From NCBI GenBank assembly GCA_029210625.1, contig JARGFU010000001.1:261806-325805 (forward strand): DNA of 64,000 nucleotides. The letters run 5' to 3'. This DNA is from Deltaproteobacteria bacterium (GTDB lineage: Bacteria > Myxococcota > Myxococcia > SLRQ01). Of this stretch, positions 56,201 through 64,000 are shown one piece after another; position 1 is the first letter of the stretch, and every line of letters begins with the position of its first letter. The notes below the pieces were generated by a model that saw only the letters and a list, made by a program, of their open reading frames with translations, ran no database searches and had not been told where the DNA came from. Both the position numbers and the translations under genes were made by a program.

Positions 56201-59200
56201 CGGGAGCGACACCGTCGCGACGACCTCCACCCAGCCCTCGTCGGCCCTCGGCGGCGGCACCTGGTACTGGCGCGCCCGGGCCCGGGACGCCGTCGGCAAC
56301 TGGAGCGGCTGGTCCACCACCGGCAGCTTCGTGGTCGACGTCACGGCGCCCTCGGATCCGACCCTCCTCACGCCCGTCGCGGCGAGCAGCCTGGCCACCT
56401 CCTCGGTGGCCTTCAGCTGGTCCTCGGTGGCGGACGCGGTGGCCTACCGCCTGGAGATCGCCACCAACGCCGGCTTCACCGCCGCCCAGGTGGAGGCCAA
56501 CCAGACGACGACGGCCCGCTCGGTGGTCCTCACCGACGGAAACTGGTGGGCCCGGGTGCGGGCCATCGACGCCGCCGGCAACGTCTCCGCCGGGGCCTCG
56601 AGCACGGCCTTCACGGTGGACACCACGGCCCCCGCCGTGCCGACCCTCACCCGCCTGGCCAGCCTCATCAACGAGACCCAGCCGGTGCTCTCCTGGAGCA
56701 ACGAGGCCGCCTCCGGCGCCACCGCCTACCTCCTGCAGATCGACGGCGTCGACCGGGTCGTCACCGGCGCCACCTCCTACACCCTGCTCCTGGCCGAGGC
56801 CCTCGCCGACGGCAGCCACGCCTGGACCGTGGCCTCCCGCGACGCCGCGGGCAACGTGAGCGCCTACGCCACCGCCCAGGCCTTCACCGTCGACGCCACG
56901 GCGCCGGCGGTGCCGGTGCTGGTGGCCGTCGCCCCGGATCCCTCCCGCGTCACCCAGCCCACCCTCGCCCTCCAGCCGGTGAACGACGCGGTCCAGTACG
57001 AGGTCCAGTGGCACGACAACAACCTCTTCACCGGCGGTGTGGGCGGGACGAACACGATCACCATCCCCACCACCCAGCCGGCCCCGGCCCTGGGCAACGG
57101 CACCTGGTACTGGCGCGCGCGGGCGCGGGACCAGGCGGGCAACTGGAGCGCCTTCTCCTCCTCCAGCAGCTTCGTGGTCGACATCACCGCCCCGGCCGAC
57201 CCCTCCCTGCTGACCCCCGCCGACGGCAGCGCGGTGACCTCCAACTCGGTCGCCTTCAGCTGGTCCTCGGTGGCCGACGCCGCCACCTATCAGCTCGAGA
57301 TCTCCACCGACGCGGCCTTCACCGCGCCGACGCGCGAGAGCGGCCTGACGGCCACCTCCCGCTCGGTCGTCCTGGGGGACGGCCCCTGGTGGGCCCGGGT
57401 GCGCGCGGTCGACGCTGCGGGCAACCTCTCCGCCGGCGCGGCGGACAACGCCTTCACCGTCGACACGACCCCGCCCGACGTGCCCACGCCGGTGGCCCTG
57501 ACCTCGCCGACCACCGACGCGACGCCGACCTTCAGCTGGAGTGACGAGAGCGCCAGCGGCGCGGTCGGCTATCGCCTCGACCTCGACGGCACGGTGACCT
57601 CCGTGGCCTCGACCTCCCACACCCCGGCCTCGAACCTGGCCGACGGTCCCCACAGCTTCGCCGTGGCCGCGGTGGACGCCGCGGGCAACCGGAGCGCCTA
57701 CTCCTCGGCCCAGGTCTTCGAGGTCGACGCCACCCTCCCGGCGGTGCCGGTCCTGACCCCGGTGAGCCCCGACCCCCGGAACACCACCACCGTCGCCCTC
57801 GCCTGGTCGGCGGTCGCCGACGCCCTGAGCTACACCGTCGAGTGGGACACCGACGTGGGCTTCACCAACGGCGCCGGCGGGCAGGCCACGGTCTCCTCGC
57901 CCGGCCACAGCGTCGGCCCCCTGGCCGAGGGCACCTGGTACTGGCACGTCCGCGCCACCGACGACGCCACCAACCAGAGCGCCTTCTCCAGCCCCGACGC
58001 CTTCGTCATCGATCTGAGCGCGCCCATCAACCCGGCGCCCTCCACCCCCGCCGACGCCAGCTACTCCACCAGCTCGACCGTGGCCTTCACCTGGAGCAGC
58101 GTCGCCGACGCGGCCGCCTACCTCCTGGATCGCTCGACCTCCCCGACCTTCGCCACCTACGACCGCAGCGAGGGCACGAGCACCAGCCAGCTGGTCACCC
58201 TGCCCGACGGCATCTGGTACTGGCGGGTCCTGGCGCGGGACGCGGCGGGCAACGTCTCGCCGACCGCCACGGCCACCGTGCGCAGCGTCGAGGTGGACAC
58301 CGTGGCCCCGGCCGCCCCGGTGCTGACCTCCGTGACCACCCCCACCAACGACACCACGCCGACCCTCGCCTGGTCCGCCGTGACCGGGGCCGCGAGCTAC
58401 GTGGTCACCCTCGACGGCTCGACGACCACCGTCACCTCCCCCACCCTCACCCACACTCCGTCGGCCCTCGGGGACGGCAACCACACCTGGACCGTCGCCG
58501 CCCGCGACGCCGCGGGCAACCTGGGACCGGCGGCCCCCACCGAGGTCTTCGTGGTGGACGCCACCGCGCCGGCGGCGCCCACCCTCATCGCCTACTTCCC
58601 GGATCCCACCACCGACAACACCCCCACGGTGCAGTGGAACACCGTCCCCGACGCGGACACCTACCGGGTGAGCTGGAGCGACGACGGCTTCCTCACCTCC
58701 TCCTTCGCGACCACCTCCGACGTGAGCCTCGAGATCGGGCCGCTGACCGGCAGCCCGGCGACCACCTGGTCGTGGCGGGTGGAGAGCCTGGACGCCCTCG
58801 GCAACGCCTCGGCGCCCTCGTCGCCGGACAGCTTCCTGGTCGACACCGTCACCCCCACCGCGCCCTCGCTGATCGCGCCGGCCGACGGCGCCACCGCGAC
58901 CGGCGTCACCGTCTCCTTCTCCTGGTCCTCGGTGGGCGACGCCGCGAGCTACCGCCTGCAGGTGGGCTCGGACGCCACCCTGGCGACCATCGTCCACGAT
59001 CTCGCGGGCCTCTCCTCCACGTCGACCGATCTGACCCTCACCGACGCCGTCTGGTACTGGCGGGTGCTGGCCACCGACGCCGCGGGCAACCAGACCGCGC
59101 CGGCCTCGGCGACGATCTGGAGCGTCACCGTCGACGCCAACGCCCCGTCGACCCCGACCCTCGCGGCGATCGCCACGCCCACCAACGATGGCACGCCCAC

Positions 59201-62200
59201 CTTCACCTGGAGCGACGAGTCGGGCAGCGGCGCCACCCAGTACCTCCTGCGCATCGACGCGGTGGACACCACCCTGGCCGCCCTCACCTACACCCCGGCC
59301 TCGAACCTGGCCGAGGGCTCGCACACCATCTCGGTCGCCGCCCGGGACGGCGCCGGCAACACCAGCGCCTACAGCGCCTCCCAGACCATCATCGTCGACC
59401 TCAGCGCCCCGAGCGCGCCCGCCAACCCGCTCCCGGCCGGCGGCGCGGCCGACACCGACGGCTCGGTCGACTTCTCCTGGGATGCCTCCACCGACGCGCT
59501 GACCGCGGTGAGCTACCGGCTGCAGGTGGCGCAGGCCAGCGACTTCCTCACCCTCCTGGTGAACGACACGCCGGCGACCGAGAGCGCCACCGTGCTACTG
59601 GCCGACGGCACCTACCGGTGGCGGGTGCGGGCCGAGGACGCGGCGGGCAACGTCTCCGCCTGGGTCTCGGCGGCCAGCGGCCAGAGCCTGACGATCGACA
59701 CGACCGCTCCGACCGCCCCCGACCTGATCCCCGTGGGCGCCACCGTCAGCGCCTCGCCTACCCTGCGCTGGTACTCCCAGGCCGCCTCGGGCGCGACCCT
59801 CTACTCCGTCGAGGTCGACGACGACTCCCTCTTCGGCAGCCCGGACGCGACGGGCAGCACCAGCGGCACCAGCTTCGCCACCACCCTGGGCGACGGCACC
59901 TGGTACTGGCGAGTGCGGGCCCAGGACGCCCACGGGAACTCGAGCGCCTGGTCCTCCACCGACACCTTCGCGCTCGACAGCACCCCGCCGGGCCCGCCCA
60001 CCAACACCAGCCCGGCCGACGGCAGCTCGGGCAACGCCTCGGCGGTCACCTTCTCCTGGACCGCGCCGGCCGGCGGCGCCTCGAGCTATCGGCTGGAGAT
60101 CGCCTACGACTCCAACTTCACCGCCCTGGCCTGGCAGGCCACGACGCTGGACCCCACCGTCTCGGTGACGATCTCCTTCCCCGACGGCACCTACCACTGG
60201 CGGGTCCTCGCCCTCGACGCCGTGGGCAACGAGAGCACCCCGGCGCCGGGCGCCACCGGCGCGAGCTTCACCGTGGACACCACGGCGCCCGACCGGCCGA
60301 CCGTCACCACCACCCCGGGCTGGGTCGGCCTCGCCGACAGCAGCTACACCCTGGGCTGGAGCGACGAGTCGGACAGCGGGGCGGCGACCTACCAGTATCA
60401 GGTCTCCAGCAGCTCGAGCTTCGCCACCCTGGAGACGAGCGGCACCGTCACCTCGCCCTCGACCAGCGTGACGATCAGCACGATCCCGGCGGACGGCACC
60501 TGGTACTGGCGCGTGCGCGCCCTCGACACCCTGGGGAACCCGAGCGTCGCGACCGCCGGCTGGACCAGCGCCACGAGCTTCGGCGTGGACCGGGTGAACC
60601 CGACGGCGCCGGGCTTCGTGGCCCCGCCCGACGAGCCGAACCCGGGCTACATCATCGCCGCCAGCACGGTGACCCCCGAGTGGACCGCCTCCACCGACAC
60701 CAACCTCTCCCACTACCAGCTGCAGATCAGCCAGGCCTCGGACTTCTCCAACCAGGTCGTGGTCGACACGACGGTGACCAACACCCTCTCGAACCAGACC
60801 CTGGGCGACGGCGTCTACTACTGGCGCGTCCGCGCGGTGGACCTGGCCGGGAACGTCTCCGACGACTGGAGCACCGCCGCGAACTCCCGCAGCTTCACCG
60901 TCGACACCACCCAGCCCTCGGCGACCTCGCTCTCGCCCCTCACCAGCCCGACCTCCGACGCCCGCCCCGACCTGGCCTGGTCGGCGGTCAGCGACGCCGA
61001 GATCTACCGGATCGAGTGGTCCCAGGATCCCACCTTCGGGACGGTGCCCATCACCCTCATCCGCAGCGAGGATCCGGCGCCCCGGGCCTACCTCCAGGAC
61101 AGCGACTACGCCGTGCCCGGCGCTCTCACCGACGGCACCTGGTACGCCCGGGTGATCGTGCAGGACGCGGCGGGCCTCCAGAGCGCCCCCTCCGCCTCGC
61201 TCCAGGTCGTGATCGACACCAGCGCCCCGAGCGCTCCGTCCAGCTGCGCCCTGACCACCCTCACCTCCTACGCCAACGCCCTGGCCGATCCGACCCCGGA
61301 GTTCACCTGGGAGGTGGTCGCCGGCGCGGCCTCCTACACTCTCGAGATCGAGCGCTGGGTCACCGGCGCCTGGCAGGCCGACTCCACCATCACCGGCATC
61401 GACGGCGCCGCCACCTTCGGCGTGGTCTTCTCCCTGCCCTCGGCCAGCAGCCTCACCGACGGTGACCTCTACCGCTTCAGCGTCGAGGCGGTGGACTCGG
61501 CGGGTAACGTCTCGGCGCCGGTCTACTGCGTGACCGACGGCCTGGGCGACACCAGCCTGCGCTCGGATCAGTCCGGGCCCATCTCGGGGGTCTCGGGCCT
61601 GGTCTTCGCCGGCGCCAACCCCACCAGCGGCGTCACCGCCACCGTGCAGTGGACCGCCGAGGAGGACGTCACCAACTCCGGCGAGTACGGCTACGACGTC
61701 TCTCTGCTGGCTCAGGACCAGGTCACCGTCATCGCCTCGGCCACGATCCCCTGGGCGAACGGCTTCACCCCCGGGCCGCGCAGCCAGAACTTCGCCGTCC
61801 CCCTCGACGGCACCTACTACGCCAAGGTCGTGGCCTGGGACGCCGCCCTCAACCGCTCGGCGACCTCCACCACCGTCACCCCCCTGGTGATCGACAACAG
61901 CCCCCCCACCGGCACGGTCACGATCACCAACGGTGAGCCCACCAACGCCACCGCCCTCTCCCTGGCCCTCACCTACTCCGGTGACGTCACCCAGATGCGG
62001 ATCGAGGAGACCGTCGCCCTCGACTGCTCGGTGGGAACCTACGAGAGCGTCGCCGCCACCAAGAACTTCGCCATCGCCGGCGTGGGTATGGTGAGCGTCG
62101 GCGTCTGCTTCAAGGACGCCGCCGGCAACACCTACGCCGCCTTCGACACCATCGAGGTCGACCGGACGAGCCCCGACGGAGTCTTCGTCATCTACGCCGA

Positions 62201-64000
62201 GGGCAACCCCACCTACACGATCCGCCGGACCATCCAGCTCGAGATCACGGTCACCTCGACGGACGTCGAGAAGATGGCCGTCAGCCAGACCGGCGCCCTC
62301 CTGTGCAACTCGGCCGTCTACGAGCCCTTCAGCCCCTCGAAGTCCCTGACCCTCACCGGCGGCGACGGTGAGAAGACGATCTCGCTCTGCCTGAAGGACT
62401 ACGCCGGGAACTACACGGCCGCGCCGATCACCGAGACCATCACCCTGGACCTGACTCCCCCGGCCGGAAGCCTGGTCATCCAGGAGACCGGCCGCCAGGA
62501 CTACGCCTGGAGCCAGAGCGTCGACCTGCTCATCTCCGCCTCGGCCGACGTCGCCGCCTACTACGTCGTCAACGAGCAGACCCCCGACTGCGGCGCCCTG
62601 GCCGCCGGCTGGACCGCCGGCAACCCGAACGGCACCCTCCCCTGGACCCTGGGCGGCGAGGACCAGCAGGTGAACTCCGTTGCGATCTGCTTCCAGGACA
62701 ACGCCGGCAACGCGGCGCTGGCCACCGACTTCATCGTCGTCGATCTCCAGCCGCCCCAGGGGTGGATCTGGCTCGACGACGGCGCGCAGTACACCACCGA
62801 CGACGTCGTCGCCATCACCTCCGACGTGCCCTCGGGCGCCACTCAGATGGCCTTCACCGAGGTCGATCCCAACTGCGACATCGACCCCCTCGGCTGGACT
62901 GCCTTCGTCCGCGAGTCCTCCTACGTCCTCGCCAGCCCGGAGGGGAGCTTCCGGATCTACGCCTGCTTCCGGGACGAGTCGGGGCAGACCTCCGAGACCT
63001 ACGCCGACATCATCTACGACCGGACGCCGCCCTCCCTGACCACCTTCTCGCTGCAGGGGCGGACGGGCATCGACTGCTGGGACACCTCCGGCACCGACTG
63101 CAACGCGAACAGCTGCACCTGCGACTCGACCCGGACGAAGTTCTCTGACGTGGTCTTCACCCTCGTCTCCTTCGACGCCTTCTTCTACGGGATCGAGCCG
63201 GGCGACGTGGACTGCGCCAGCGTGGGCCAGATCCCCTACAACGCGGCGAACTTCCCCCAGAGCTACTTCCTCCCCGGCGCCGACGGTGAGCAGACCCTCA
63301 CCCTCTGCATCTGGGACGAGGCGGGGAACAGCACCAAGGCGACCCAGGCCATCACCCTGGACACCATCCCCCCCGATCCGGCGAGCGGCATCACCCTCAC
63401 CCCGGGCAACCACCTGATGCAGGTCGACTGGACCGACTCGGTCACCGCCTCCGACGTGGATCACTACGAGATCCGCTGGAACCAGCAGACCACCGGGATG
63501 CAGGGCATCTCCACCATCGCCAAGGAGGTGGAGACGGTGACGATCCAGCCCGCGGGCCCCTCCCTGGCGAACTGCGAGGAGATGTGGATCGACGTGCTGG
63601 CGGTGGACGCCGTCGGCAACGTCGGCTGGCCCTGGCTGGAGTTCGGCCGGCCGCTCTACGCGCCGGTCGATCTCGAGGAGAACCGGGTGCGGGCCTCCTT
63701 CCGCCGCCTGCAGGCCGACTGGGATCTGGTCGCCTCGGCCGACCTCTACCGCTTCTACTACGCCAACGGCGCCCCCCCGAACCTGGCCAGCACCGACTAC
63801 GCCCAGCTCCCCTCGGCCAACGTGGTGATCGAGGACGGCGAGCCCCTCCCGGGCAACCCCTCCGTGACCGGCAACCTCCAGGAGTCGGTGACCTACGTCA
63901 TGGGCCTGTCGGCCCGGGACAGCGTCACCTTCAGCGAGCACGCGATCGAGTGCTGGTCCGACTTCGGCGCGCTGGCCTCCGACACCACCTTCGGCCTCCA
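50280..64000 (+). CDS. giant surface lipoprotein/adhesin (>4,570 aa, 3' end beyond window): lipoprotein signal peptide, CarboxypepD_reg-like domains, ~30 tandem Ig-like ~90-aa domains, then Cys-pair Ig-like domains and an FN3-like domain
   Basis: A strong Shine-Dalgarno (GGAGGATCGC) precedes ATG 50280. Lipobox LGLMTAC. CarboxypepD_reg-like beta-sandwich signatures (GSYLFTDLPVGDYYVSA, GTYSFPSLTAGTYRLVF, DGIVYFASVPADSYTLVA). Tens of repeats share FTVDTTAPxxPTL...W......Y.L.I......F.......T......L.DGTWYWRVRA.DAAGN.S. Distal repeats carry paired Cys (C....VC.KDAAGN). An FN3-like block ends the visible part (LMQVDWTDSVTASDVDHYEIRWNQ). The single frame stays open for 13.7 kb while every other frame is junk. 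Confidence 0.85.
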   Translation, partial: MQRWIVVCFVGLGLMTACNSNVAVDNPYDPDAPPALQVTSLITGRVSAEAAFDPASLTITVEGLTPRGSPVRDVAVELDDTTTPVSFSTFLPAGTYLVRAEVPGFRADERTGVLVATGEDQDIGELYLLAGRGTLAGRVVIPDPAGDRPAPLETEVTLLRLGSPVATPSDTSCTELAAEESVRARLRADGTFEERNLAVGPFVVIASLDGYLPAVVAQSVEVLTDGVTDVGTLQLTDGEGILTLTAPANPDADPAGLATSASTITANVVLPPVYNGMQLSLMPDFGDVADWSTPATSTLFDLTGASDGEQQLFLRFRAPTCDLSPTFVASIILDTTPPVAAAPAPASGSSCSNDAQVTMDLPGEDPCAADQSCAGLYQMRVVSDGTLDTETFVDYLPRDIVAFPGDGTHDITLELRDAAGNTSAPTTSTVTINSVGPQPGGAILRIDDGSGTVRSLSVLLTFDVTGATGVEVGNAAGLDGSAWVALPPSQQLSWQLAAGADGLRTVVARFRDDCGNVTQEYPVDVLLDRSGMIAGAARLEAGADHSGTVVSFWLWDASAAGGAGDYVDTALTATTSVNGAFSLSGLAAGDYRLVFSHPGFSQRVMDGLILTEGAVRTLGEVVLQLARGELEGSATLLGEGSHEGIRVQAAPGITTVTDSAGSYLFTDLPVGDYYVSATADDAFQGAASPTPATVLEGQRVTADPLVLQPIPGSIAGTALRSGQTTHGGIDVLLEGATVGDTPVQDNTVTLADGTYSFPSLTAGTYRLVFQTAQYQAATAEGVVVPPNTPVTVTPVTLAKATGALRVAVDISDRSNESGVAIILEQSGTSVLTQLSPPDGIVYFASVPADSYTLVARLDGYGEELITPVVVSANSTTDLTTTPIVLTPQIGDAFLQTPAGAVLGAATNLTSIEVGGSFPGVNQVRICESPNILLGGDPDTFSTGNCAWRAITQLPGDAFQPLPFTFSQSQCPDPGDPVAICDGQKVVWVKMQDTTSGLVSEWFPLDIVLDRVAPQGNIVISPTASTTSGDLVVGDGEAYTASLNVSALVAAQEDLSGVAAGGAVAGVVSGRIFRSTTDTNPVLVSLKEGLTSVPVITLTPGADGDRQLYLEVSDAAGNRSVTDLTTVTCPPARTPSLPTDCDAIFVDRTPPPSLAFSIEPTSPGTDMSLGAAWTATTTVTLGIDSTITGLAEDEAVSAIIANDSGFVASLAMPLANPVSLVGWNLTVGDGTKNVYIRVRDAAGNLSGVFSDSIGLDTLAPQIPVLDEVPPVTADASPALSFTGGTGATRHFLQLSDSASFDGSGPGAVFVEVELTDFDYTAIDDAAGAAAYPLADGLYWWRVQAADDADLRSPFTPAQRFEVDTVAPGPTTLDLVDSPTRDTTPTLTWAATTDARLYHLQISTTSDFSAGIQVDQTTAQLSLTSSTLGEGTWYARVQTIDAAGNADAAGFSNTVTFVVDTTAPADAILSAPANASTWSTQPVAFTWASVADAVAYRLEIALNAGFTGAIVEAGLTTTARSLVLDEGAYWARVITTDAAGNRSLGTTFITFTVDTVAPDVPTLNRLPSLISERQPVLSWSDEAASGAVTYLVQVDGVDRPVSGTTTYTVPLAEALADGVHTWTVAARDAAGNTSAHATLQSFTVDATAPATPVLVPVNPDPTSLTQPTLAFAAVGDAVEYEVEWHDNNLFTGGTGSSALITGTSTKPSVALGNGTWHWHVRARDASGNWSAFSSVDDFVVDTTAPADPTLLTPAAGSSVTSTSVDFTWAAVADAVRYQLEIASDAAFTSPQIESGLTTTARAVVLTDGSWWARVRAIDAAGNVSAGAADNAFTVDTTAPDVPTLTRLADLISETQPVLGWSDEAASGAAAYLLQIDGATRVVSGATSYTVPLAEALADGTHTWTVAARDAAGNVSAFATAQAFTVDATAPGVPGLVAVSPDPSSNTLPTLAVKPVSDAVEYELEWHDNSLFTGGVGGSDTVATTSTQPSSALGGGTWYWRARARDAVGNWSGWSTTGSFVVDVTAPSDPTLLTPVAASSLATSSVAFSWSSVADAVAYRLEIATNAGFTAAQVEANQTTTARSVVLTDGNWWARVRAIDAAGNVSAGASSTAFTVDTTAPAVPTLTRLASLINETQPVLSWSNEAASGATAYLLQIDGVDRVVTGATSYTLLLAEALADGSHAWTVASRDAAGNVSAYATAQAFTVDATAPAVPVLVAVAPDPSRVTQPTLALQPVNDAVQYEVQWHDNNLFTGGVGGTNTITIPTTQPAPALGNGTWYWRARARDQAGNWSAFSSSSSFVVDITAPADPSLLTPADGSAVTSNSVAFSWSSVADAATYQLEISTDAAFTAPTRESGLTATSRSVVLGDGPWWARVRAVDAAGNLSAGAADNAFTVDTTPPDVPTPVALTSPTTDATPTFSWSDESASGAVGYRLDLDGTVTSVASTSHTPASNLADGPHSFAVAAVDAAGNRSAYSSAQVFEVDATLPAVPVLTPVSPDPRNTTTVALAWSAVADALSYTVEWDTDVGFTNGAGGQATVSSPGHSVGPLAEGTWYWHVRATDDATNQSAFSSPDAFVIDLSAPINPAPSTPADASYSTSSTVAFTWSSVADAAAYLLDRSTSPTFATYDRSEGTSTSQLVTLPDGIWYWRVLARDAAGNVSPTATATVRSVEVDTVAPAAPVLTSVTTPTNDTTPTLAWSAVTGAASYVVTLDGSTTTVTSPTLTHTPSALGDGNHTWTVAARDAAGNLGPAAPTEVFVVDATAPAAPTLIAYFPDPTTDNTPTVQWNTVPDADTYRVSWSDDGFLTSSFATTSDVSLEIGPLTGSPATTWSWRVESLDALGNASAPSSPDSFLVDTVTPTAPSLIAPADGATATGVTVSFSWSSVGDAASYRLQVGSDATLATIVHDLAGLSSTSTDLTLTDAVWYWRVLATDAAGNQTAPASATIWSVTVDANAPSTPTLAAIATPTNDGTPTFTWSDESGSGATQYLLRIDAVDTTLAALTYTPASNLAEGSHTISVAARDGAGNTSAYSASQTIIVDLSAPSAPANPLPAGGAADTDGSVDFSWDASTDALTAVSYRLQVAQASDFLTLLVNDTPATESATVLLADGTYRWRVRAEDAAGNVSAWVSAASGQSLTIDTTAPTAPDLIPVGATVSASPTLRWYSQAASGATLYSVEVDDDSLFGSPDATGSTSGTSFATTLGDGTWYWRVRAQDAHGNSSAWSSTDTFALDSTPPGPPTNTSPADGSSGNASAVTFSWTAPAGGASSYRLEIAYDSNFTALAWQATTLDPTVSVTISFPDGTYHWRVLALDAVGNESTPAPGATGASFTVDTTAPDRPTVTTTPGWVGLADSSYTLGWSDESDSGAATYQYQVSSSSSFATLETSGTVTSPSTSVTISTIPADGTWYWRVRALDTLGNPSVATAGWTSATSFGVDRVNPTAPGFVAPPDEPNPGYIIAASTVTPEWTASTDTNLSHYQLQISQASDFSNQVVVDTTVTNTLSNQTLGDGVYYWRVRAVDLAGNVSDDWSTAANSRSFTVDTTQPSATSLSPLTSPTSDARPDLAWSAVSDAEIYRIEWSQDPTFGTVPITLIRSEDPAPRAYLQDSDYAVPGALTDGTWYARVIVQDAAGLQSAPSASLQVVIDTSAPSAPSSCALTTLTSYANALADPTPEFTWEVVAGAASYTLEIERWVTGAWQADSTITGIDGAATFGVVFSLPSASSLTDGDLYRFSVEAVDSAGNVSAPVYCVTDGLGDTSLRSDQSGPISGVSGLVFAGANPTSGVTATVQWTAEEDVTNSGEYGYDVSLLAQDQVTVIASATIPWANGFTPGPRSQNFAVPLDGTYYAKVVAWDAALNRSATSTTVTPLVIDNSPPTGTVTITNGEPTNATALSLALTYSGDVTQMRIEETVALDCSVGTYESVAATKNFAIAGVGMVSVGVCFKDAAGNTYAAFDTIEVDRTSPDGVFVIYAEGNPTYTIRRTIQLEITVTSTDVEKMAVSQTGALLCNSAVYEPFSPSKSLTLTGGDGEKTISLCLKDYAGNYTAAPITETITLDLTPPAGSLVIQETGRQDYAWSQSVDLLISASADVAAYYVVNEQTPDCGALAAGWTAGNPNGTLPWTLGGEDQQVNSVAICFQDNAGNAALATDFIVVDLQPPQGWIWLDDGAQYTTDDVVAITSDVPSGATQMAFTEVDPNCDIDPLGWTAFVRESSYVLASPEGSFRIYACFRDESGQTSETYADIIYDRTPPSLTTFSLQGRTGIDCWDTSGTDCNANSCTCDSTRTKFSDVVFTLVSFDAFFYGIEPGDVDCASVGQIPYNAANFPQSYFLPGADGEQTLTLCIWDEAGNSTKATQAITLDTIPPDPASGITLTPGNHLMQVDWTDSVTASDVDHYEIRWNQQTTGMQGISTIAKEVETVTIQPAGPSLANCEEMWIDVLAVDAVGNVGWPWLEFGRPLYAPVDLEENRVRASFRRLQADWDLVASADLYRFYYANGAPPNLASTDYAQLPSANVVIEDGEPLPGNPSVTGNLQESVTYVMGLSARDSVTFSEHAIECWSDFGALASDTTFGL
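54640..57560 (+). repeat. ~840-bp tandem super-repeat (three Ig-like domains per unit), at least 3.5 copies with high nucleotide identity, inside the giant adhesin gene
   Basis: The string ttcaccgtggacgccaccgcgccgg recurs at ~55198, ~56040 and ~56881. ttcaccgtcgacaccaccgcgccggacgtgccgaccctcacccgcctgg recurs at ~55765 and ~56610. The encoded protein blocks (FTVDTTAPDVPTLTRLADLISETQPVLGWSDEAASGA...) are nearly identical between copies. Confidence 0.6.

Noticed and set aside
54102-63941. Very long minus-strand ORFs (1,740 aa and 1,448 aa) opposite the giant adhesin gene
   Set aside because: The translations are Gly/Arg/Asp/Val low complexity. The plus-strand frame encodes ordered repeat domains with conserved motifs.

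Overview
This is a very GC-rich (~70%+) bacterial chromosomal segment, almost certainly from a myxobacterium (Myxococcota). The main clues are a secreted Cys-rich protein that ends in a MYXO-CTERM sorting signal, a eukaryotic-like Ser/Thr kinase, an ECF sigma/anti-sigma pair, an NtrC-type sigma-54 activator, many lipoproteins, and a giant repeat adhesin. Coding density is high and the GC bias produces many long spurious ORFs in alternative frames. Those were rejected when a better frame with recognisable motifs covered the same DNA. About 48 genes are supported. They include: uppP (3' end); an orphan gamma-class N6-adenine DNA methyltransferase; a degenerate cyclase-like protein coupled to a Ser/Thr kinase; ECF sigma plus FecR anti-sigma; a YgfZ-like folate-binding protein; two ADP-ribosylglycohydrolases, one of them paired with a NADAR hydrolase; a thioredoxin; a PTP-like lipoprotein; a manC-manB-ROK kinase operon; a minus-strand block of amidase, hemW, histidine kinase, NtrC regulator and PilZ; a secreted archaemetzincin; a lipoprotein c7/c3-type multiheme cytochrome; a MATE transporter; dapD; a one-component adenylate-cyclase/CHAT-protease transmembrane protein; glgP; an Old Yellow Enzyme; an FG-GAP/UnbV-ASPIC thioredoxin fusion; a crotonase; a GMC oxidoreductase with two outer-membrane proteins; an MFS (UMF1) transporter; and a lipoprotein adhesin of more than 4,570 aa that runs off the window end. 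Points worth a second look: (i) an LtrA-like membrane domain joined through a frameshift to an inward-rectifier (Kir) potassium-channel cytoplasmic domain; (ii) a NADAR plus ADP-ribosylglycohydrolase operon with no ADP-ribosyltransferase nearby; (iii) the cyclase-CHAT-TolB_N-like protein; (iv) a 170-bp MITE-like element with 28-bp terminal inverted repeats that supplies the stop codons of two convergent genes; (v) two secreted thioredoxin-fusion proteins each split by in-frame TGA codons; (vi) a junction where two convergent genes are both truncated or frameshifted; (vii) near-identical ~840-bp tandem super-repeats inside the giant adhesin gene, with a sigma-54-like promoter upstream. No rRNA, tRNA, CRISPR array or obvious transposase or integrase gene was found by eye. 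All calls rest on reading the six-frame translations and motifs; no database searches were possible.
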